Shown here in pieces: positions 17,538 to 25,051 of a stretch of DNA of 64,000 nucleotides. The stretch lies in NCBI GenBank assembly GCA_964460855.1, contig CAYWQH010000001.1:123868-187867 (forward strand), given 5' to 3'. The notes below the pieces were generated by a model that was not told where the DNA came from, made no database searches, and saw only the letters and a list, made by a program, of their open reading frames with translations. The stretch is from an uncultured Candidatus Saccharibacteria bacterium. Lineage in GTDB: Bacteria > Patescibacteriota > Saccharimonadia > Saccharimonadales > UBA10212. The position numbers and the translations under genes were made by a program. Each line of letters starts with the position of its first letter. The first letter of the stretch is position 1.

Positions 17538-17654
17538 AACTCTGATTTCACTTCGGTGGGGTCGTATTTTGACAGGGTTAAGCTTCTGCCGCGTCCAATG
17601 AGCGCATCTTAATAGATAAGGTGCACTGGTTGGACACGACAGAAAGGATCTACT

Positions 17655-18041
17655 ATGTCCAACGCTCAAGGCCAGCCCGTGACCTATTACGTGCAGGTCT
17701 ACGAGTTCTGCGAGCACCTGCACATGTCAGTAGTGCTGAAGGAAGCTCGGGGATTCGATTCCCTGCCCTTCCGCGACTACTTGAAGTGCGTCGTACCGGG
17801 TACTACGCTCAGCCATCATTTCACGGACCATGGCTTCCTCTCGATCGACATCGAGTGGCGCCAGGGGCTGAAGCTATCTGTTCGCGCGATCGAGTCAGTA
17901 CAAGGCGCGATCGACGACTTCTTCCGTGACAACGGCGGCGTGCGAGACCATCGCGCCGAGCGCATCGAAGCGCTGGAAGCGGCGATGCGGCCTCAGGAGC
18001 TGTGGCTCGTCGAGTGGCCGGAGTACGATCCGACCGTCTGA
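17655..18041 (+). CDS. Hypothetical protein (128 aa), GC3-rich cassette gene
   Basis: SD GAAAGGA lies 7 nt before the ATG. GC3-rich codons, with all Lys as AAG. A leader of about 110 nt precedes it. Confidence 0.65.
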   Translation: MSNAQGQPVTYYVQVYEFCEHLHMSVVLKEARGFDSLPFRDYLKCVVPGTTLSHHFTDHGFLSIDIEWRQGLKLSVRAIESVQGAIDDFFRDNGGVRDHRAERIEALEAAMRPQELWLVEWPEYDPTV

Positions 18042-18047
18042 CGTATA

Positions 18048-18079
18048 CGGCCGCCGGCCCCTTTGGGGGCTGGCGGCCG
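18048..18079 (+). terminator. 14-bp GC hairpin terminator
   Basis: cggccgccggcccc-tttg-ggggctggcggccg, 7 nt after the TGA stop. Confidence 0.55.
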
Positions 18080-18135
18080 CGCCTCACTTAACCCTGCCAA
18101 TCACATTTGTTATAAATCTTTTTAAAAGGACAAGC

Positions 18136-18165
18136 TTGCTTAATCCTAACTGCCCTTTATATTAA
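18136..18165 (+). promoter_or_regulatory. Promoter TTGCTT-N16/18-TATATT/TATTAA of the 167-aa gene; a second TGtTATAAA box lies at 18108-18116
   Basis: Hexamers read directly. Confidence 0.4.
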
Positions 18166-18184
18166 TTTACATAAAGGAGCGTTT

Positions 18185-18688
18185 ATGGAACGAGGACAGC
18201 ATCCTGAATATACTTTCAGAAGACACGAACATTTTGAATTCAATGATAAAAAAGTAGATAAGAAAAAAAGAAATTCTATTCAAAAGGCCGCAACAAAGTC
18301 TCACGATGATTTAATGGCCTACCGTAGCCAACTAAAAGAAATTACAAAAGAGCTGGAGAAGCAACTTGAGCATCTCCAAGGCAAAACGATTTCAGTGAAT
18401 AGCACAAGAGCAGTTTTACGTTATGGCGGCAACTATCGGCTGCTTACGATCTCAACTGATACAGTTGGTTCCACCAATGGAGTTTTGCTTGATTTAGCTT
18501 TATTTAATACTGCAGAATTACACCATCCAGACGATGAGGGTAGCTTTGAAAACGTATTCGAAATAGTCATGCGAATTCATACCAATCCGGACATAACAAG
18601 ACATAATCCGAACAATCTAAGCGTAGTTTATGTCCCGATCGACGACATCCAAGGCCCAATTACGTTAGTTAAAGACGGTAGTAGCTAG
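18185..18688 (+). CDS. Hypothetical protein (167 aa), AT-rich cassette gene
   Basis: AAGGAG lies 5 nt before the ATG. Arg is encoded mostly by AGA and Lys by AAA. One 60-nt line (18301) counts 23/60 G+C. No motif recognised. Confidence 0.6.
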   Translation: MERGQHPEYTFRRHEHFEFNDKKVDKKKRNSIQKAATKSHDDLMAYRSQLKEITKELEKQLEHLQGKTISVNSTRAVLRYGGNYRLLTISTDTVGSTNGVLLDLALFNTAELHHPDDEGSFENVFEIVMRIHTNPDITRHNPNNLSVVYVPIDDIQGPITLVKDGSS

Positions 18689-18763
18689 TCTAGAAAAGTG
18701 AGTACTATTTATAACGAAACCACTGCGAAGCGAGCCCAAGTTGGCGTTTATCCAGTAAAGCGA

Positions 18764-18938
18764 AATACATAAGCACGCAAGACTCTGAAAAACTGAAGGA
18801 GTAAGGCTTGTAAGAAAGTAGTGAAGCGAGGACTGTTTGAGCCACTGCTTATATAAACTTCTGCGAGTTCCACAGCTTCCGATTTTCGCACAAGTTTTAC
18901 GACTATCATGTTTTTCAGCTCTTGCGGGATTAGGTATT
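18764..18938. repeat. Long imperfect hairpin element E2 (175 nt), related to 9065-9253
   Basis: The arms 18764-18811 and 18890-18938 pair (aatac/gtatt, cgcaaga/tcttgcg, ctgaaaaac/gtttttcag, cttgt/acaag). The 5' arm matches the E1 5' arm at 19/27 positions (acata..cac.c.aagac...gaaaac). Confidence 0.55.
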
Positions 18939-18943
18939 GAGCG

Positions 18944-20053
18944 CTATTCCCATCGGAAAACGCGAAACGCAACCGCATAAATAACCACCATCCATATCGC
19001 GATCAACCCGATCTGCGGCCCCAGCTCAGTCAAATGCTTACCCTCAGTGGCTATCATTCTAATTCCATCAATAATCGGCGTCAGCGGCAGCCAGGCCGAC
19101 ACGTGCTGCAGCCATTCCGGCATGCTGTAGCGCGGAAAGAAAGTACCCGACAAAAACAGCATCGGAAAAACTATGATGTTGGCCAGCGGCGCCGCCTGGT
19201 TTTCGTTTTTGGCCCAACCGCCTATCGCCAAACCAATGCCAAAAATACATAGAATGCCGTAAATAATAAATAACATTAGCTCCAGGTAGTTGCCGACAAT
19301 CTTAAAGTCGAATAATACCGTGGCCACGGCCAGCATTATGCCGATGGCAAAGACACCGATTACTGAATTGGATATAACACTAGATAAGAAAAACTGCCAG
19401 ACTTTAAGCGGCGTAATATGCAAACGCCGCAAAATACCCTGCTTTTTCATTTCCGGGAAGTAATTGACCGGGCCGAAAATGCCCAGTCCGATTATAGAAA
19501 AACCGATTATCCCGGCCACGGTGTAATCCAGCCGGCTCAAACCTTTAGTGTTGGTAGACTCGGCCTTAACCGTAAACGGGGTTTCGACTTTTACTAATTT
19601 AGCATTTACGGCATCCAGCGATTGCTGGATAACAGACTGGATAGTCTGGGCTGCCTGGTAGTTATTTTCGTTATACAAAACCTGGACTTCGCCTTGCGGG
19701 TATTGGCCATTCTGGTTATTGCCGAATTCTGCCGGCAGTACGATTGTCGAGTCTATTTCGCTGCGGCTCATTTTTTGCTTGGCTTCGTCAATAGTTTTAA
19801 CGCTGTCGTCCAGTTTAAATAACGGATTTTTTTTGAGGCCGTCTTCGAATTGCTGGGCCGCCTGGGTGTTGCTTTGGTTAATTAAAGCCACGTGGAAAGA
19901 CACGCTGTTGCTCTTACTGAAACTGCCAAAAATAACCAGGAAAATCAGCGGGAAGGCTACCGTAAAGAATAATGCTACGCGGTCGCGGAAGTAGCGGCGC
20001 ACACTGACGCGGGCAAATGTCCGGATTGTAAACAAAGAGCCTTTGCGCTGCAT
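18944..20053 (-). CDS. ABC-2 type transporter permease
   Basis: 369 aa with an N-terminal TM helix, a large loop and five C-terminal TM helices. It lies directly downstream of the ABC ATPase. Confidence 0.8.
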   Translation of the reverse strand: MQRKGSLFTIRTFARVSVRRYFRDRVALFFTVAFPLIFLVIFGSFSKSNSVSFHVALINQSNTQAAQQFEDGLKKNPLFKLDDSVKTIDEAKQKMSRSEIDSTIVLPAEFGNNQNGQYPQGEVQVLYNENNYQAAQTIQSVIQQSLDAVNAKLVKVETPFTVKAESTNTKGLSRLDYTVAGIIGFSIIGLGIFGPVNYFPEMKKQGILRRLHITPLKVWQFFLSSVISNSVIGVFAIGIMLAVATVLFDFKIVGNYLELMLFIIYGILCIFGIGLAIGGWAKNENQAAPLANIIVFPMLFLSGTFFPRYSMPEWLQHVSAWLPLTPIIDGIRMIATEGKHLTELGPQIGLIAIWMVVIYAVAFRVFRWE

Positions 20054-20055
20054 TT

Positions 20056-20814
20056 TTATGCCCTCAATCCCTTACCGGTTAAATCAATAAACACATCTTC
20101 GAGGTTGGCTTGCTCCACTTTGCGTTCTTTTTTAAAGCCTTTGGCCAGCAGTTTTTTAACCAAGTTGGCAGGCTTGTCCAGGGCAATGATATTACCGCTG
20201 TCCATAATAGCCACCCTGTCGCACAACTCTTCGGCCTCTTCCATATAGTGAGTGGTCAAAATAACGGTCGTGCCCTTTTTTTGGATACTTTTTACCAAGT
20301 CCCAAAGGTTACGCCGGGCCTGGGGGTCGAGGCCGGTGGTGGGCTCGTCCATGAAAAATAATTTAGGCTGGTGCACCAGCGCCGCGGCAATGCTAAAGCG
20401 CTGCTTTTGGCCGCCGGACAATTTTTCGATATAACTGCCGGCTTTTTCGGTTAGGTCCACATCGGCCAGCAACTTCATGGCATCGACTTTTTCGCCGTAG
20501 GCCGAAGCCTGCTGGTCGAGCAGTTCGGTCAGCTTCACTTTATCCATGAAAGCGGTAGACTGCAGCTGCACGCCGATCATATATTTAACTTTTTGCGGGT
20601 CCTTAGATACATTGACGCCGTCTACAATAACTTCGCCTTTATCTATGGGCCGCAACGTTTCGATCATTTCCAATGTGGTAGTTTTGCCGGCACCGTTGGG
20701 GCCTAAAATGCCAAACACTTCGCCGTGTTTAACTTCGAAGCTGATACCTTTCACTACTTCTTTATCGCCATACGACTTATGCAAGTCGCGAACCTGCAGG
20801 ATATTTTCGCTCAT
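20056..20814 (-). CDS. ABC transporter ATP-binding protein
   Basis: Walker A GPNGAGKTT, signature LSGGQKQR and Walker B LFFMDEPT. Confidence 0.95.
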   Translation of the reverse strand: MSENILQVRDLHKSYGDKEVVKGISFEVKHGEVFGILGPNGAGKTTTLEMIETLRPIDKGEVIVDGVNVSKDPQKVKYMIGVQLQSTAFMDKVKLTELLDQQASAYGEKVDAMKLLADVDLTEKAGSYIEKLSGGQKQRFSIAAALVHQPKLFFMDEPTTGLDPQARRNLWDLVKSIQKKGTTVILTTHYMEEAEELCDRVAIMDSGNIIALDKPANLVKKLLAKGFKKERKVEQANLEDVFIDLTGKGLRA

Positions 20815-20828
20815 TGCGAATTAGTATA

Positions 20829-20853
20829 ACAAAAATACGCCCCTTACGGGGCG
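20829..20853 (-). terminator. Intrinsic terminator of 20880..21083
   Basis: cgcccc-ttac-ggggcg hairpin, followed on the minus strand by TATTTTTG. Confidence 0.65.
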
Positions 20854-20879
20854 CACCTTTGAGTTCAATTCAAGTGTTA

Positions 20880-21083
20880 TTACTTGTTGTCGCGCTTGAC
20901 TGTCAAGAAGCCGTTTCGCGGGTTCTCGTTAACGCTGAATCCTGCTGGTAAATCACATCCAGTATCAGGGCGGTCGTCCTTGCTGAAGTAATAAATTGTT
21001 TGTTCCTTGCCACCACGAAGTGTAACCTGCTTCGAGTTAAGGTAGTAGGTCACTCCCTTGCTGTTCGTGTGCTTGTAAGCCAT
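20880..21083 (-). CDS. Small conserved hypothetical protein (67 aa; MAYKHTNSKGVTYYLNSK...)
   Basis: The start was moved to the internal ATG with GAGAGGG upstream. It shows the pattern YYL..K......TIYYFSK seen in a widespread small-protein family (recalled from memory, no name). Confidence 0.5.
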   Translation of the reverse strand: MAYKHTNSKGVTYYLNSKQVTLRGGKEQTIYYFSKDDRPDTGCDLPAGFSVNENPRNGFLTVKRDNK

Positions 21084-21270
21084 TCTTTCATAACCCTCTC
21101 TGTTAATTAGTAATGGTACTCCTAACATACTCTGTCGGCTTTTTGATTGTCAACTGTTTTTTCAGATTAGGCCGTCTAACGGGCTTTTACTAAACCACAA
21201 ACAGGCTTGCGGGGTATAAGCATATGCGTTACTATTGGTTGGTATAAACGTAAGAGAGGTGGAAACACAC

Positions 21271-21870
21271 ATGGAATTTATGTCCCGTGGTGGCAGGCCT
21301 ACTGGCCATACCCATAGTGCCGCACCAGAACAAACACAAAGCTCCAGTTCGCTAAGCACTAGAATGAAGGGCGACACTAAGAGCATGCGCTATATGTTTG
21401 TAGCTCTAGCCGCAGTTGTAGGTTTATTGCTTTTACTATTAATCTTCTATACGATCCGAACTAGCGTGCCGACCATCAAGAGGGAAGGTACATATGTGGA
21501 TGCTAACCGCTACCAGGCCGTATTCTTAAACAACAACCAGGTCTATTTCGGTAAAGTAACGGCCCTTAACAGCCAGTACATGGTGATCTCGGATGTGTTC
21601 TACCTGCAAGTCAACCAAACCGTCCAGCCAAACCAAGGCAGCAGCGCCAGCGCCAACAACAATAACAACCTGGTCCTGCAAAAGCTCGGTAAGACTGAGC
21701 TGCACAAACCGGACGACACTATGGTCATCAACCGTGCGCAAGTTACTTTCTGGGAAAATATCACCAACGACAGCCAAGTCGTAACAGCTATCAACAAATA
21801 CAAGCAGAATCCTAATGCTACCACAACACCAACTACCGGGAATACGAGTACAACTAACAAAAACCAATAG
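21271..21870 (+). CDS. Membrane-anchored hypothetical protein with an Asn/Thr-rich tail
   Basis: SD GAGAGGTGG precedes the ATG at 21271. One TM helix. Confidence 0.6.
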   Translation: MEFMSRGGRPTGHTHSAAPEQTQSSSSLSTRMKGDTKSMRYMFVALAAVVGLLLLLLIFYTIRTSVPTIKREGTYVDANRYQAVFLNNNQVYFGKVTALNSQYMVISDVFYLQVNQTVQPNQGSSASANNNNNLVLQKLGKTELHKPDDTMVINRAQVTFWENITNDSQVVTAINKYKQNPNATTTPTTGNTSTTNKNQ

Positions 21871-21902
21871 AGTAGTCACAAAGTAACCAAATCTCTACCT
21901 TT

Positions 21903-21930
21903 AAAAAACTCCACGCAAGTGGAGTTTTTT
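21903..21930. terminator. Bidirectional intrinsic terminator
   Basis: AAAAAA-actccac-gcaa-gtggagt-TTTTTT. Confidence 0.8.
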
Positions 21931-21934
21931 ATTT

Positions 21935-22105
21935 AAAGCTCACTTAGACCAAGCAGACCTAACATCAAAATAAATTTGATAGCGGTCTGCTTTTTCGGCG
22001 CATTACTGCGTCAAAAGCTCCAGAGCTCATTCACGGTACGTCTGTGTACCGTTCTTTCCGCGCTTCGCTTTTTCCTTGTACTGCATCCGAATCTAAGCGA
22101 GCTTT
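21935..22105 (-). ncRNA. Structured intergenic RNA element, copy A (171 nt), unnamed family; strand tentative
   Basis: A 14-bp closing helix (21935-48/22092-105) encloses three further helices: hairpin 21951-59/21984-92, helix TTCGG/CCGAA (21994-98/22087-91) and hairpin 22033-39/22046-52. The blocks GGCGCATTACTGCGTCA and TTCCTTGTACTGCATCC are shared with 28689-28860. The A x C mismatch becomes U-G on the minus strand. Confidence 0.6.
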
Positions 22106-22111
22106 GCGCGT

Positions 22112-22690
22112 TTAGCCGAGATCAATTAAGTGGCGTTTGGTGAGCCAGTGGACGCCCCAGGCTATAGCGCACAGCGTGCCGCTGGCAATTGCCACTAATA
22201 CGCTAAGGCCGGCTAAATCCGGCGTCCAACGGGGGCTGACAAAATCGAACTTATACAAATCGTCCGGCACCGGCTGCTGCTGGATGGCATGGCTGGTTAC
22301 GTACTGCTGAATGCATGGTACGCGGGTGCGCCCCGAAAACGCCGTAGAATTTTGCTGCTCGCAATAATGCTGGGCATCGGTGTAAATCTGGCTGTTTTGG
22401 GCATCAACTTTGGCTTTTTCGGCAGCCGTTAAGCGTTCGTAGCGGTACTTAAGTTGGATGGGCGGCCGGATAGCGTTTTTACCGCTGGCCGGGTCGGTGT
22501 TCATATGGCTGTAAATGTATTCGCGTAAGTTGCGCAGGGCCGTTTCTACATCGCCGTTATTTTTATCGGCCTCGTACACCTTGTTGCGCAGCTCAATCAT
22601 ATGCAAATTATTAGCCCGCAGCGCCGACACGGCAATAACCGAGCTCAGAATAAAGACCAGCAGCAGGATGTAGCGCATCGAGTATTTCAT
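22112..22690 (-). CDS. Membrane protein, hypothetical
   Basis: N-terminal signal/TM and C-terminal TM helix. The start was moved to the ATG at 22690. Confidence 0.55.
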   Translation of the reverse strand: MKYSMRYILLLVFILSSVIAVSALRANNLHMIELRNKVYEADKNNGDVETALRNLREYIYSHMNTDPASGKNAIRPPIQLKYRYERLTAAEKAKVDAQNSQIYTDAQHYCEQQNSTAFSGRTRVPCIQQYVTSHAIQQQPVPDDLYKFDFVSPRWTPDLAGLSVLVAIASGTLCAIAWGVHWLTKRHLIDLG

Positions 22691-22745
22691 AATCCTAATG
22701 TTAAGTTTAAAGTCGAAAGTTAAAAGTTTAAAGTAAAATAGCATT

Positions 22746-24038
22746 ATGCATATCTATTTTTCGGGTATTGGCGGTACGGCCATCGGCCCGTTGGCCCTGA
22801 TTGCCCAGCAAGCCGGCTACGAAGTAAGCGGTTCCGACCTGAAAGACAGCCAATATATTAACTACCTGCAGGGCAAAGGCATCCACAGTATCCACATCGG
22901 CCAAACCGAAGCCCAAATTGCCGACGTGCATAAGTTCCACCCGATTGATTGGTTCATACATAGCTCTGCCGTTACCAGTGACCAGGCCGAATTGCAATTC
23001 TGTAAGAGATACGGCATTAAAACCAGCAAACGCGACGAATTGCTTAACCAGATTATCAGCGACCATAAATTAAAGTTAATCGCCATTGCCGGCACACACG
23101 GCAAAACCACCACAACCGCCATGGTGGTCTGGCTGTTTAAACAGCTTAAGGTGCCTCTCAGCTATTCGGTAGGCGCCAAGATTAGTTTTGGCGATATGGG
23201 CGAGTTTGCCCAACACAGCGAATTTTTTATTTATGAGTGCGACGAGTTCGACCGCAATTTTTTGGCGTTTAACCCATACCTGTCATCTATTACGGGCATT
23301 GCCTGGGACCACCACGAAATTTTTCCGACACAAGAAGATTACCTCGGCGCTTTCCAACAATTTTTGGGCCAGAGCCAAAAGCAAATGCTATGGACAAAAG
23401 ACTGTCAGCTATTGGGTTTAAGCCCCTCCGACAGCCTTTATACTCTGGACGAAAACGACCCCCATATTAACCAGCTCAAACTGCTGGGCTGGCATAACCG
23501 CGCTAACGGCTGGCAAGCCGTTGAGGCGGTACGCCAAGCACTCGGTGCGGACCAGGAAAATTTAATCGAAATTATTAACCGCTTCCCTGGCCTCAGCCGC
23601 CGCTTCGAGCAAATTACCGAAAATTTATACTCTGACTATGCCCATACCCCGGAAAAGATCACCGGCGCCATTACAACCGCCCTGGAACTAGCCCAGGCCA
23701 AAAACCAGCAGGTTGTGGCGGTATATGAGCCGCTGACCAACCGGCGGATGCACCATACCCGCCAGCAGCACCAAGGATTATTTAAAGACGTCGCAAAACT
23801 CTACTGGGTGCCGAGTTACCTGGCGCGCGAAGACCCTAACCTGCCGGTATTAACGCCTGCCGAGCTTATTACCAACCTGACTCCTGAAGAACAAGCCAAA
23901 GCCTCGCCAATGGAGCTTAACGACGGCTTAAAACAAACTATCCAAAGCCACCTATCGAATGGCGATATAGTGGTTTGTCTGTCGGGCGGCGGGGGCGGCA
24001 GTTTAGACGAATGGCTCCGCAAAGAATTCCGCGCATAG
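22746..24038 (+). CDS. Mur ligase family protein (MurC/Mpl-like)
   Basis: N-terminal Rossmann motif GIGGTAIGPLALIAQQAGYEVSGSD and ATP-binding motif AIAGTHGKTTTTAM. 430 aa. Confidence 0.8.
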   Translation: MHIYFSGIGGTAIGPLALIAQQAGYEVSGSDLKDSQYINYLQGKGIHSIHIGQTEAQIADVHKFHPIDWFIHSSAVTSDQAELQFCKRYGIKTSKRDELLNQIISDHKLKLIAIAGTHGKTTTTAMVVWLFKQLKVPLSYSVGAKISFGDMGEFAQHSEFFIYECDEFDRNFLAFNPYLSSITGIAWDHHEIFPTQEDYLGAFQQFLGQSQKQMLWTKDCQLLGLSPSDSLYTLDENDPHINQLKLLGWHNRANGWQAVEAVRQALGADQENLIEIINRFPGLSRRFEQITENLYSDYAHTPEKITGAITTALELAQAKNQQVVAVYEPLTNRRMHHTRQQHQGLFKDVAKLYWVPSYLAREDPNLPVLTPAELITNLTPEEQAKASPMELNDGLKQTIQSHLSNGDIVVCLSGGGGGSLDEWLRKEFRA

Positions 24039-24064
24039 CCCTTATGCTTGTATACTTATAATCA

Positions 24065-24928
24065 ATGACAGAACAGCCAGCAGGTATTAACATGTTCGAT
24101 AAATTAAGTCAGTGGTTTGATAGCTTTTTGCATGGCTTGTCGGCCTGGTCACACGAGCATTTAATGAGCATTTTCATTATTTTGATTGTGGCCTGGATTA
24201 TCCGCAAATTCGGCCCAAAGCTAACAATGCAGGCTATTTCGCACACCATGCGGGCCGACCTTTACCCCACCCAAACCGACCGCAAAAAGCGCATTAAAAC
24301 CCTCCAGAGCCTTATCGAAGCGATTTTCCAGGTAGGTTCCTGGCTGGTAGCCTTTATGTTTATTGTCAGCGAGTTAAAACCCGGCTATACGGCCGCCTTG
24401 TTCACCAGCGCCGGCATAATCGGTGTAGCACTAGGCTTTGGGTCGCAGAGCCTGGTAAAAGATTTTGTCAGCGGCATATTTATAATTTTCGAAAACCAGT
24501 ACCGGGTGGGTGATATCGTAACGCTAAACGATATTACCGGCAAAGTCGAAGCTATTACCGTTAGGACTACTATGCTGCGCGACCTGGACGGCTATGTGCA
24601 CCACATTCCTAACGGCTCCATTACGGTTACTACCAACCGTACGATGGATTACGGCCGGATTAACGAAGACCTTAAAGTCAAAGCTAACACCGACATAAAG
24701 CTCATAGAAAAAGTCGTAAACGAAGCCGGCAAAAAACTGGCGTCACAATCCAAATACAAATCGCAGTTCCATGAAGCGCCGCATTTTGACCGGATTGTCA
24801 GCATAGACAGCAGCGGCATTACTTTTAAAGTACTGGGTAAAGTGGATTTGAGCGCGCAGGACGAAGCCCGCAGCGAACTCTTGTTAGCTATAAAGCAAGC
24901 ATTCGATAAAGCCAAAATCGAATTTTAA
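24065..24928 (+). CDS. Small-conductance mechanosensitive channel (MscS family)
   Basis: TM helices followed by LVKDFVSGIFIIFENQYRVGDIV...G.VEAITVRTTMLRDLDG..HHIPNG. Confidence 0.85.
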   Translation: MTEQPAGINMFDKLSQWFDSFLHGLSAWSHEHLMSIFIILIVAWIIRKFGPKLTMQAISHTMRADLYPTQTDRKKRIKTLQSLIEAIFQVGSWLVAFMFIVSELKPGYTAALFTSAGIIGVALGFGSQSLVKDFVSGIFIIFENQYRVGDIVTLNDITGKVEAITVRTTMLRDLDGYVHHIPNGSITVTTNRTMDYGRINEDLKVKANTDIKLIEKVVNEAGKKLASQSKYKSQFHEAPHFDRIVSIDSSGITFKVLGKVDLSAQDEARSELLLAIKQAFDKAKIEF

Positions 24929-25051
24929 GCTTTCAATTATCAGCTTACAATTCACAATAAATTTTCAATTATACAGAGAAAAGCTTTCAGCTGAACGCTG
25001 AAAAATTGTTAGTTGTATGCTTGTTGTCAGTTGATCGCTGAAAGTTGAAAA

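Noticed and set aside
17193-18165. Overlapping ORFs 17193-17447(-), 17526-17723(-), 17621-17929(+), 17821-18087(-) and 17926-18165(+) in the cassette islet
   Set aside because: These are shadow frames of GC-rich genes with Arg/Pro/Ala-rich translations. They lack an RBS and run across hairpin terminators and promoters.
18748-18978. 76-aa minus-strand ORF
   Set aside because: It lies almost entirely inside the E2 hairpin element and overlaps the 3' end of the ABC-2 permease gene. It has no RBS.
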